Translations under genes and position numbers: made by a program
The notes under the pieces: model-generated
Seen by the model: only the letters and a program-made list of their open reading frames with translations
What the model was told of the DNA's origin: nothing
Databases searched by the model: none
NCBI GenBank assembly: GCA_976551045.1
Contig: CDPCPM010000103.1
Span: 11,594,001-11,658,000 of the forward strand
Length of the DNA: 64,000 nt
Direction of reading: 5' to 3'
Source of the DNA: Glaucostegus cemiculus
Lineage: Eukaryota
Shown: piece by piece, positions 13,766 through 24,316 of the stretch
Layout of the letters: every line of letters begins with the position of its first letter
How positions within the stretch are numbered: the stretch's first letter is position 1

Positions 13766-14861
13766 ACTGGGGTTGAGGGTTGTGGCTGAAAATGGATTTG
13801 ACTGGTTGAACGGCCACCCTTTGTGACCTTCTGGATCTCTAACCCCAGCCATCCCTCCCCAAATTGCCCGGCCACCGATCCTTGCTTAGAAAGTGCTGAA
13901 TGTAAATTAAGGCCCCTCACCAGTATGCTTTAAGTCTCACATTGGCAATGTGGGTGAGAGTTAATGGTTGCTCTTCCCATCCCAATATGCATTGAAGGTG
14001 AAAGAATTCATTGCTTAATATGCCATTCTTTTGAACATGATGTTCATTTTCACTTGTGTAATTATTAAACAATAAACGCTAGTCCTTTGACAGTGTTTAC
14101 ATGTAATTTGAAGAACCCGTCTCAGTATTTCCTAAAATAGCACTGATTTTCCAGGAATCTGGAATGCATCGAATGCTAATGGTTATATGATTCTAAGCAC
14201 TTGTCTGTGCTGCATCAGTCAAAGGAACCACAAATACACCAGAAGGAAAAGTGCTATTTTGGGGAACGATGCAGAACTGCACTCTGTGAGCAGAACAAGG
14301 ATCATGGTTGTGTAGTTACCCCAAGGTTATTGACAATATTTCAAACTACATAGCAAAACAAATCCAAACCTGGCAAAAGTCTTTACAGGCTTTTTATACT
14401 CTCCTCATTTGTTTTCCACTTTTGTATCATCATCTAATTTGGCTACCATTCACACAGTTTCTTCATCCAAGTCATTAGAATCAGAATTCAGAATCAGAAT
14501 CAGTTTTATTGTCACAACCACATACATACAAAGTATGCAGAGGAGCGATATACCGTCCTCCTCATGGTCTCGTCCCATACAAAAAAATGACATAACAACC
14601 AACAGAGACACATACACACTTGGCAGAATACATAGTATAGATCATTACACCTTAAAAGCTAAGGGGATTGAACTTAAATTCAGGATCGATTTATCGATTT
14701 TCACTTACACGTATACATGTGCAAAAGACATCAAAGACAACAAAGGACACCTGGACAAAAACATCAAAACATTAACAGCCCCCCTGCCTCACCCCACACC
14801 GATGACCACCTCCAACCCCCCCAGTCCTACAACCTCAGGGCCCACAGACCATCAACAACCC

Positions 14862-14954
14862 CCGGCCCACAGTCCGACCACCTCCGGCCCACAGTCCGAC
14901 CACCTCCGGCCCACAGTCCGACCACCTCCGGCCCACAGTCCGACCACCTCCGGC
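14862..14954. repeat. 22-bp minisatellite, 4 perfect copies
   Basis: The unit ccggcccacagtccgaccacct starts at 14862, 14884, 14906 and 14928. Confidence 0.95.
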
Positions 14955-14968
14955 ACCTTCGCCTCTGA

Positions 14969-15276
14969 CTCCGCAGTCCGACGACCTCCGACCCGAATTC
15001 CGGCCTCGCATTCCGACGACCTCCGGCCCCGAACTCCGGCCTCGCAGTCCGACGACCTCCGACCCGAATTCCGGCCTCGCAGTCCGACCACCTCCGACCC
15101 GAATTCCAACTCCGCAGGCCGACCACCTCCGACCCGAATTCCGACTCCGCAGGCCGACCACCTCCGACCCGAATTCCGACTCCGCAGGCCGACCACCTCC
15201 GACCCGAATTCCAGCCTCGCAGTCCGACGACCTCCGACCCGAATTCCGACTCCGCAGGCCGACCACCTCCGGCCCG
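14969..15276. repeat. 35-bp GC-rich minisatellite, about 9 copies
   Basis: Unit ~ctccgcaggccgaccacctccgacccgaattccga. GAATTC occurs at 14995, 15066, 15101, 15136, 15171, 15206 and 15241, with the variant gaactc at 15031. Confidence 0.95.
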
Positions 15277-16381
15277 AGCAGCCCCCTCACCGCCCGCATC
15301 CCGATGCCACCACGAGGCTCCCGGGCCTTCAAGACGCTGCCGCCTCCGACGAGCTCCGACGAGCCGTCGGAGCCGACAGTGCCGACAACGACTCCATAAA
15401 ACGGCACACAAACAACAGAACAAAGAACACACAAGAAAAAAAGACTACTGAAAACACTAGAAGACTAACAAAAAAACCCAAGGACTACAGACCTGGGAGA
15501 GGCCGCTGCAACCAGGTGCGCCGCCATCTTAAAATTGTGAATGGCTGAGGCCCCAGCACTGATCCATGGCACTAACTAGCTACAGCTTCCCAACCAAAAA
15601 TGGCTATTTCATCCTGATTCCCTATCTTTTATTACTTAGCCACTCTTCTCACCCTGCTAACCTATTACACACAATGCCGTGAGTTCTCACCTTATGCAGT
15701 GATCTTTTATATGGCAGCTTACCGAATGCCTTTTGGAAATCCAAATACAACTCTTTCTTCCTTTTCATCTGCCTGCTCATTCTACCTTCAAAGAACTTTA
15801 ATAAATTTGCCAAACATGATTTCATAAAACCATGTTGATTATACTTCACCACATTCTGGTTTTCCATACTTCCTGCTGGGACTATCATAATAATGGATTC
15901 CAACACATTTACAATGTCACTTCAGACCAATGAGCCTAGCTTCCTTCATTCAACCTCCCTCTTTCATGAACAGTGTTACATTCGCAGCTTTCCAACACAC
16001 TAGGATCCTTCCAAAGTGTCTGAAATATCAGGAGATCACAACCACTGCATCCACTATCTTTTCTGTTAAGAGCTCTGGGTGCAGGCCATCAGATTCAGCA
16101 GACTTGTCAACTTATAGTCCTGTTAGTCTGCTTAGGAATTTTTCATGTATTGCTAGTGATTATTTTTAAGTTCAAGTTGCTCCCAGATTTCTTACTATTG
16201 TTCAAGTGCATCTACTGTCTACTACTCTGAAGATCGGTGCAATTTGTTTATGAATCTTATACAAAATAGAATTTTTTTAAAAACATGCATGAAAAGAAAG
16301 GAAGATTTTTTTCAAATACAAGCTTGAAAAGCCTTTCAAGTTTTTTTGCCTTACATTTCAAATTTCAAATTAGACAAAAAC

Positions 16382-16575
16382 ATTCCTGTCGCTGTCTGTA
16401 AGGAGTTTGTGCATTCTCCCGTGTCTGCGTGGGTTTCCTCCGGGTGCTCCGGTTTCCTCCCACATTCCGAAAGACATAGGGGTAGGTTAAGTTGGGGGTT
16501 AAAAATGGGTGGCGTGGACTCGGAGGGCCAAAAGGGCCTGTTACCTCGCTGTAAGTAAAATTTAAAAATTTAAAT
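16382..16575 (+). mobile_element. 5'-truncated V-SINE with CR1-type tail
   Basis: gctgtctgtaaggagtttg..gggtttcctccgggtgctccggtttcctcccaca..aagggcctgttacctcgctgta followed by a taaaatt tail. Confidence 0.85.
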
Positions 16576-16594
16576 TTATAAGATAAAATTTATA

Positions 16595-18192
16595 AGATGG
16601 CAGATGGAGTTTAATCCAGGCAAGTGTGAGGTGTTGCACTTTGGGTGGTCAAATGTGGGAGGTGTGTTACAAACTAGGTTACTGTTGGTGAATGTCCTTT
16701 TAAGATAGAGCATTGTGTGTGTGTGGGGGGGCATGGTTACGGCAACATAAGATAAAGGACGTAATGACATTTTTGAAGCAGACAGTAGGAGTCAGTCCGG
16801 GGAGAGAGAGAGAGGGAGAGAGGGAGAGAGGGAGGGAGGGAGAGAGACCAGCCTGCTAGTTTCTCTATCAATGGATGGGAAACAGTAACTGTGTCTGTCA
16901 CAACAATCCACGTATGGATTTTTGGAATAATTGGTGGAGTCCAATTTGTCGTTAACCTGTAGAGGGAAACAGGTATTTGTGTGGACGGTTACGTCTCGGA
17001 TGCTTTTCAGGGTGGCAGATACTTCGGAACAAAGCAGTGGAGCTCACTTTGTTGTTGACCTGTAGAAGGAAACAGGTATTTGTGTGGATGGCCACAATTT
17101 GAGTGCCTTTCGGGGTGAGGCGGATGCGATAGAGTAGTCACTGCTGAATAGACACTGAGGTGTCGTTTGGGTTCTAAAGTGGAACATTTGGATTTCATAA
17201 TTACTGTCTATTTTCTCTCTACATCTACGTTTTGTCTTCAGTCAATGGTTGAAGAAGCTTTTGCTCATGTTTCACCTTACGGCTTGCTGAACTGAACTTC
17301 GAGAATTATTCCTGGACTTGGAGTTTGGGAATTTGCCACAGACACACTTTGAGTTTAGTTTCTGGGGTTAATGTTTAAGTTTTAACATTTTTACTTCTAA
17401 CAATCTAAGATTTTTACTTTTATTTTTCTTATTATCACAAGTAATTATTAATAGTTTTTAACACTTAAACATGACTCTGTGTGTTTCTTTTGTTGCTGGT
17501 TCGTAACAGCAGGACCCTTAGAGGCATTGAAGTACAGAGGGTGGGGTCCCAGTCCAAAGCTTCCTGAAAGTGGCAACACAACTAGATCAGGTGGTAAAGA
17601 AGGTATATGGCCTATTTGCCTTAATTGATCAGGGCACTGAGTATAAGAGTCAGGAAGTGATGTTGCAGCTGTATAAAACTTTGGCTAGGCCACATTTGGA
17701 GTATCGTGTGCAGTTCTGGTTACCTTATTTCAGGAAGGATGTGGAGGCTTTGGAGAGGGTATTGCCTGCATTAGACAAAAGTAGCTATAAGGAGAGGTTG
17801 GGCAAACATGGATTGTTTTCTCTGGAGAGTTGGAGGCTGAGGGGCAACCTGATAGAAGTATACAACATTTTGAGAGGCACAGGATAGAGAGTCAGACCCT
17901 TTTTCCCAGGGTAGAAATGTCAACTACTAGAGGATATAGCTTTAAGGTGAGAGGGGGAATGTTTAAAGGAGATGTGCGGGGTAAGTCTTTTTACACAGAG
18001 TGCCAGGAATTGGCTCCAGTGGTGTTGGTGGATGCAGACCCAGTAGTGGCAATTAGCCAGGCACATGAACATGCAGAGAATGGAGGGATATGGATCATGT
18101 GCAGGCAGATAGGTTTAGTTTAATTTGGCATCATAGTTGACACAGACATTGTAGGCCAAAGGGCCTATTCTTGCGCTGTACTGTTCTATATA
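16595..18192 (+). mobile_element. CR1 LINE 3' portion interrupted by a solo LTR
   Basis: tggcagatggagtttaatcc (WQMEFN) lies before 16665. After 17508, ORF 17570-17887 contains MLQLYKTLARPHLEYRVQFW; the 3' end is near 18190. Confidence 0.85.
16665..17508. mobile_element. Solo LTR-like element (844 bp; Gypsy-type termini)
   Basis: Begins TGTTACAAACTAG and ends CTGGTTCGTAACA (11/13 inverted match). It has an internal (GA/GGGA)n tract and a ~37-bp direct repeat, and it interrupts a CR1. Confidence 0.7.
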
Positions 18193-19389
18193 ACATGAAC
18201 AAGCCATTAAACCTACTGTGCCATTACAAACTTAAATTATCCCAGAGATAACCTGGAACAAAGACAATGTTCTGGACATTGGACATATGAAAGTTAAATG
18301 AGAAATAATGAATTAGAAGAGTAACTGATATAAGGGTAGGGTCGTTTTTTCACGAGCTCCAAACAAAAAAAATTACCAGAAATGCTCCATTACTGGAAGG
18401 GAAACAACATTTTAGGTAGCGTTCTCTCCCTTTGCACTTGCGCATTGTACTTTATGTAGGAACTTATTTGTTCTTGGATTATTGCAAAGGAACATTTGCC
18501 CAACTCCCACAGTAATCCTGCGCATTCTGTGGAAAAACTACACATAGAGAATCTGTTACTCATAAAGGGAGGGGAATAATTAAAGAGCTTTCAGTTAACT
18601 GTCGTCTTACTGAATCCTCAGGACATCCAAAAGCACTTCCATACGAACTACTTTAAAATGCAGCCTTAGCTCAGGTGAAGGAAACAAAATGGCAAGATAC
18701 CACAAAGAACTGTAATTGTTGACGGTTATTGTTGGTGTGGAGTGTGGGAGAAATGCTGACATGGAGAAAGGAAGAATTTTCTGCTCCTTTTGAAACTATT
18801 ATAAGGAATCTGTGACATCTGATTAACTGAAGATTTCATGTACAAGCCAGCAAGTTTTTAAACTTAGTGCTACCTTGGTTGCAGTTTCTATCCCATTTTG
18901 GACACATATGATAATTTTGGGTCAGAGATCTTCAATCAAGCACCCCACAAGACTTCAGTCCAGTAGCACTGGTACTGATAATGGCCAAGCCTGGGAGGCA
19001 AAGAAATGGCTTGAACTTTTTTCAGAGATTATCTTGTAAGGTTGTTTATGACTGTTGGGTGGAGGTGTACATATCTTCAACTTACAAAGCTATTTCTTGC
19101 CATAATGAATAATACACCATTCTCTATGGATAGGAATACACCACTCCAAAATTCCCAGAATGCATTTTGCTCAACCTTTTGGATTTACAAAATTTTGCTT
19201 AACAAGATGTTTTTCATGAATGCAACCTTTTGTAAATTGAGGAATGGCTGTACAAAACGCAGCAGATCTATCCAGTGATGGATTTTCATTTTCATTTCCT
19301 TCTACAAGTGAGAAAGGGGATTTAGACAACTTCCTGTATTTTGCTGTGGGTTCAAAGCCAACCTCCAGCATGAAGAAAGAAAAGTATAT

Positions 19390-19530
19390 GCTTCAGGCTG
19401 AGACTCTTCATCAGTCCATATGATGGGTCTTAACCTGAAATGTCCATTTCCCTCCATAGATACTGCCTGACCTGCTGACCAGCATCTGGTGTGTTGCTCA
19501 GATTCCAGCATTTCAGTCTCTTGTGTCTCC
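19390..19530. mobile_element. Penelope-like terminal modules in head-to-head arrangement
   Basis: Minus ctgatgaagagtctcagcctgaag lies next to plus tgatgggtcttaacctgaaatgtc, followed by agatactgcctgacctgctga..gattccagcatt. Confidence 0.65.
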
Positions 19531-21331
19531 TGGAAAGAGGAAAGTTTGAGCCAGGGCTGCAGGGGACCATGGGAGGTGTCCATCATGTCACAGCAGCTTC
19601 TGTACTTTATTTTAGAAATTGTAAATGAGCTGAATGAGGAAACTGAGGGACTTGAAGTGGCTCCATGTCAGTAAGTAATAATAAATAAAAAAAGCAGGTG
19701 GTGTGACACCAGTCAGCTTGGCAGCGTGTATCAGGAGCTTAAGGTGAACTTGTATGGTTGCTGTAGTTTAAATCTGACAACCTGGCTTTACGGAAACATT
19801 GCATCAGGAGCCAGCTTCCCCAATTTTCTGTGTGTCCCAGTCTTTTAAAAAAGTATAGGCGATAAAAATAGTGACAAGGTGAATGAACTTTACAGTCAGA
19901 GTATTTTCAGTTTCTAAACAAATATGCACATGCTCAAAGAATGTAAACTCTTTACTAACAAGGCTCTCATAATTGAAGCATGATTTATAATTTGATAATT
20001 ACAGCGGACATTAACCATCGCCCTTCAACCTTGAACCACACCCTGAGAGATGTTACCTAAAGATGTTGTCTCAAAGAGCTCGGTAAAACCCCAGTTCTTT
20101 GAGACAATACTCTAAAGGACAGGTTGATAAACGCCTTTGTATCTTCATAGAAGCTCAGATTCACTCCAGCCTAAATTTTCAAAATATTATAGGACATGTT
20201 ATTTGAAGTATATCACGCGATCACCTGTTTGTTACCATGGGACTTCTCAGTTTTATTAGCTGTCTTTCTGGGCAGCAACTTGCTAATAGAAGTGGGTTTT
20301 ATTTGACTATTTTCTGTTGTTGTGTTTCTCTAATACTGAGACCTGTGCTGGAGACTGTGTTCAAGTGGTATTTAACTAATTCATATTTGCTGTGTCTGTG
20401 AGGAAAATTAGATCTGTATGTTCACTTCTGTCTGTTGCACTTGTGCAATCTGAGGGCAGGTCCCACCATGATTAAAATCATAATTTCAAAGATCTTGCAC
20501 TTTTAGCTATGCATACTTTACAATGATTGAAAGACTGAGCTATCAAGTAGAACTATTCAGTGTGATCTTATTTTCTCAATGCTACCAGTGGTGTTTATCT
20601 TCATCTTTACTGAGAATGATCCTTTGTAGACCCATTGGATAATAAATTGCAGATGAATTTTTGTGGCAGCCAAACTTGAAGAAGGTGTTCCACAGTCCCT
20701 CCAATGATGGAGTCAATGGTTTTGGTGAGATCGAAAAAGGCCAAGTATAACGGCTGGTGCAGCTCCCTGCACATGATGAAGATCATGTCCATTGTACCTC
20801 TGGATGGATAGAGCCCTTGAATCATAAAGGAGCAGCTCTTCAGCCACAGTGAAAAGAAGATTGAGGAAGACCCTGGTGCTGATTTCTTGTGTCAGACTGC
20901 AAGGACACTCGTGTGTGTCTAATGAAGCTGCTCATTGCTTCAACATCTTTCTTGCCACAATGTTGCACCTCACCTGTAACGAATCTCTTGTGGGAGGGAA
21001 GCTAATCTTCAGAACTAATGAGAAACTGTTCAGACTATGACAACTATACACTGGAACCAAGATCACCCCAACCTCAGTAGTTAGGCTGCAGTATACACAC
21101 AATGCACACACTAACATTCAGAGGCAAGCTTCAAGCCATCATCAACTCTTTCACTGAGGCATAAGAGACAGGTCTTACACTTAACATCTGTATGACAAAG
21201 TCCTCCACCAATGTGCTCCCCCTGCATCACACTGTCCTCCACTTGCAAAGATTCATGGTGAGGCCCTGGAAAACACGGATGACTTCCTGTATCTTGCAAG
21301 CCACCTCTTGGTGAAATTCACCATCATCTTC

Positions 21332-22140
21332 ATAGGACAGGAACAGCCCCCTCAGCCCATGAATGTCTGGGCTGACCACTGTGCCAAATTAAACTGAACC
21401 CATTTGCCTGCACATGATCCATATCCCCTCATTCCCTGCCTGTTCATGTGCCGGTGTAAATGCCTCTTAAATGCCACGATTGTCTCTACGTCCACCATTT
21501 CCCCTGGCAGGATGTCTCGGGCACCTACCACTCTGTGTATAAAACTTACCCTGAACATCTCCTTTAAACTTTGCCCTTCTCATCTTATAGCCATGTCCTC
21601 TAGTATTTGACATTTCCACCCCAGGTAAAAAAAAACTCTACCTGCCATGTCTATGCCTCTCATAATTTTATAAATCTCTATCAGGTCTCCCTTCAGCCTC
21701 CAATGCTCCAGGGAAAATAATCCAAGTTTGTCCAACCTCTCCTTATAGCTAATACTCTCTAAACCAGGCAGCATCCTAGTGGACCTCTTCTTCACAGCAC
21801 GGTAGCATAGTGGTTAGCATAATGCTATACAGTGCCAGCGACCCGGGTTCAAATCCAGCCACTGTCTGTAAGGAGTTTGTACGTTCTCCCTGTGTCTATG
21901 TGGGTTTCCCCCGGGTGCTCCAGTTTCCTCCCACTTTCCAAAGACGTAGGTTAGGAAGTTGTGGGCATGCTATGTTGGCACCAGAAGCGTGGCAACTCTT
22001 GCGGGCTGCCCCCCAAATCACTACACAAAAGATGTATTTCACTGTGTGTTTCGATGTACATGTAACTAATAAAGATCTTACCTTATCCAAAGCTTCCACA
22101 TCCTTCCTGCAGTGGGGTGACCAGAACTACACACAGTGTT
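21332..22140 (-). mobile_element. CR1 3' fragment nested in RTE (itself interrupted by a SINE)
   Basis: Minus ORFs contain TRMLPGLESISYKERLDKLGLFSLE..GDLIEIYKIM and HRVVGARD. Confidence 0.85.
21796..22088 (+). mobile_element. tRNA-derived V-SINE with alternative (non-CR1) tail
   Basis: gcacggtagcatagtggttagc, then gggttcaaatcc, V-domain, and ttcactgtgtgtttcgatgtacatgtaactaataaagatcttacctta. Confidence 0.9.
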
Positions 22141-22849
22141 TGAAAAAAATAGAATTTGAAGATCAGGACCTCAAACTTGGCAGAAAGCTCATGACCTACA
22201 GGCAACAGTGAGCCCTGAGATCTGGGAAAGATATCAACAACAGTGCCAATGCAAAATCTCCAAGTTCACTGAAAGGATAAGCAAACCAACATAAGTGTTT
22301 TCTCCATGGCCAACTGCCAGTACTGAAGCTCTAGTTAAATTCAGTTAGTTACATTTACCCTGAACATCTCCTTTAAACTTTGCCCTTCTCATCTTATAGC
22401 CATGTCCTCTAGTATGTGACATTTCCACCCCAGGTAAAAAAAACTATATCTGCATTCCTGAAACAGATATTCTTTTTTGAGCTCTGTCATCACAAGAGGT
22501 TACCAGGCAGATGAAGGAAAAGATTCACGAATGTGCTCAACGCTTCCTCCAGAAATGTAACATCCCCACTGACTCCTGGGTAGCTCTGCCTTAAGACTAC
22601 TCAAAGTGGAGAAAGAGCATTTGGGTCTGCATTCAGGCTCTTGAAGTCATGGATGGGGACCATAAAGAGATCCCGTGTAAACAGCAGAAGGAAGGTGGTA
22701 CCTCACCAACTACCCATTGCCCATCTGTGGTTCCATCATTGGCCACATCAACCATCTCAGAACCTACAAAACCCAAGTGGAAGCAAGTCATTCTTGATGG
22801 GGAAGGACTGCCTAAGAAGAAATCTTAAATTAAGGTTAAGTCGCTTTGC

Positions 22850-23932
22850 TTTCAGAATGAAGTAGTCAATTGGATTCAGCGTTGGCTTAGCAGCAGAAGC
22901 CAGAGGGTTGTAGTAGATGGTTGTCTCTCTGACTGGAGGCCTGTGATAGGTGGTGTGCCACAGGGATCAATGCTGGGTCCATTGTTGTTTGTTGTCTATA
23001 TTAATGATTTAGATGATAATGTGGTAAACTGGATCAGCAAATTTGCAGATGACACCAAAATTGGGAGTGTTCTGGACAACGAGGAAGGCTATCAAAGCTT
23101 GCAAAGTGATCTGGACCAGCTGGGAAAATGGGCTGAATAATGGCAGATGGAATTTAATGCAGACAAGTGTGAGGTGATGTTCCTTGGGAGGGCAAACCAG
23201 GGTAAGACATACACAGTGAATGGTAGAACAAAGGAACCTGGGAATACGGATCCATAATTCTTTGAAAGTGGCATCACAGGTAAATGGGATCATAAAGAGA
23301 GCTTTTGCCACATTGGCCTTCAGAAATCAGAGCACTGAGTACAGTAGTTGGGATGTTATGTTGAAGTTGTATAAGACATTGGTGAGGCCAAATTTAGAAT
23401 ATTGTGTGCACTTCTGTTCAGCCTACAGGAAAGATATCAATAAGCTTGAAAGACGGTAGAGAAAATTCACACAGATGTTGCCAGGACTTGAGGACCTGAG
23501 TTACAGGGATAGGTTGAATAGGTTAAGACTTTATTCCCTGGAGTGCAGGAGAATGAGGGGAGACCTAATGGATGTATACAAAATTATGAGGGGTATAGAT
23601 TGGGTGAATGCATACAGGCTTTTCCCTCACAGGTTGGGTGAGACTTGAATTAGAGGTCACAGGTTTAGGATGGAAGGTGAAATATCTAAGGGGAATCTGA
23701 AGGGGAACTTCTTCACTCAGAGGGTGGTGCAAGCGTGGAAAGAGCTGCCGGCGGAAGTGGTGGGCGCCAGTTCAATTGTAACATTTAAGAGAAGTCTGGA
23801 TAGGTACATGAATGAGAGAGATATGGATGGCTATGGTCTGGGTGCAGGTAGATGGGACTAGGCAGAAAACTAGGCCTGCATGGACTAGATGGGCCGAAGG
23901 GCCTGTTTTTATGCTGTAGTGCTCTATGACTA
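22850..23932 (+). mobile_element. CR1 LINE 3' ~1.1 kb (RT core to 3' end)
   Basis: Encodes GVPQGSMLGPLLFVVYINDL..ISKFADDTKIG and LYKTLVRPNLEYCV. Ends gggccgaagggcctgtttt..ctctatgact. Confidence 0.9.
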
Positions 23933-24146
23933 ACAATAATAACAGCAACACCAAAAACATGTTCACGATCTGCGAATACTGATTTGAGAGAAGTATATCA
24001 AACATTGTAAATCAAAGCTCTTTACTGCGGGTGACGAAACCCTAATGCAGAGATATAGTTCACACCCAAATGCATTAAATGGGGCTAATTTTTCAAAAGT
24101 TTGAATCAAAGTTACAACCCACGGAACTCGAACAAACCATGTTGGT

Positions 24147-24152
24147 TTTAAT
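24147..24152 (-). terminator. Candidate ANKRD9 polyadenylation signal (ATTAAA)
   Basis: ATTAAA lies ~165 nt past the stop codon and is followed by GU-rich tggtttgttcg..gtgggttgt. Confidence 0.4.
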
Positions 24153-24316
24153 GAACATTTTCACCAAGTTTCTAATTCCATAGTACACTTCACTAAAGTT
24201 CTTAAATAAAAGGAGCCACCGACTTCCATCTCCAGGGGGCAGAGGACGCCTTATAAAGGGCGTGTTTGTAACCAGGATCCTTTTTTCCCTAAAATTCCTC
24301 GAACACAAAAGTTACA

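Larger units (their letters stand above)
14477..15530 (-). mobile_element. Non-autonomous bipartite retroposon with Rex1/Babar-type 3' tail
   Basis: On the minus strand it begins AAGATGGCGG and ends aataaaactgattctgattctgaattctgattct. Positions 14490-14630 match the 3' UTR of the Rex1 copies at 34164-34478 and 56196-57162. No RT remnant is present. Confidence 0.75.
14400..16260 (-). mobile_element. Degraded CR1 RT region split by the 14477-15530 insertion
   Basis: Minus ORF 15649-15906 contains QHGFMKSCLANLLKFFE and YLDFQKAFGKLP. The left flank (cttcatccaagtcatt) continues into the right flank (aaaattgtgaatggctgaggccccagcac). Confidence 0.75.
20590..22822 (+). mobile_element. RTE-clade LINE remnant with inverted 5' part and nested CR1/SINE
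   Basis: Minus 20590-20880 encodes PSRGTMDMIF..QPLYLAFFDLTK. Plus 20930-21330 encodes FNIFLATMLHL..LIFRTNEKLF. It resumes at ~22150 (FEDQDLKLGRKLM) and ends ggactgcctaagaagaa. Confidence 0.75.

Noticed and set aside
14862-15276. CRISPR-like regular repeats
   Set aside because: The units are contiguous with no unique spacers, there are no cas genes, and the context is eukaryotic.
14409-15548. 379-aa plus-strand ORF and overlapping 114-201 aa minus-strand ORFs
   Set aside because: They are open only because the GC-rich tandem repeats lack stops. They cross transposon boundaries, have no ATG context and encode low-complexity sequence.
21796-21860. tRNA gene-like A/B boxes (also at 11340 and 29625)
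   Set aside because: These are SINE heads fused to a V-domain, with no complete cloverleaf.
24246-24263. ACGCC-TTATAAAG-GGCGT hairpin / plus-strand TATA in the ANKRD9 3' UTR
   Set aside because: Too short to distinguish from chance, and not a SECIS- or IRE-like pattern.
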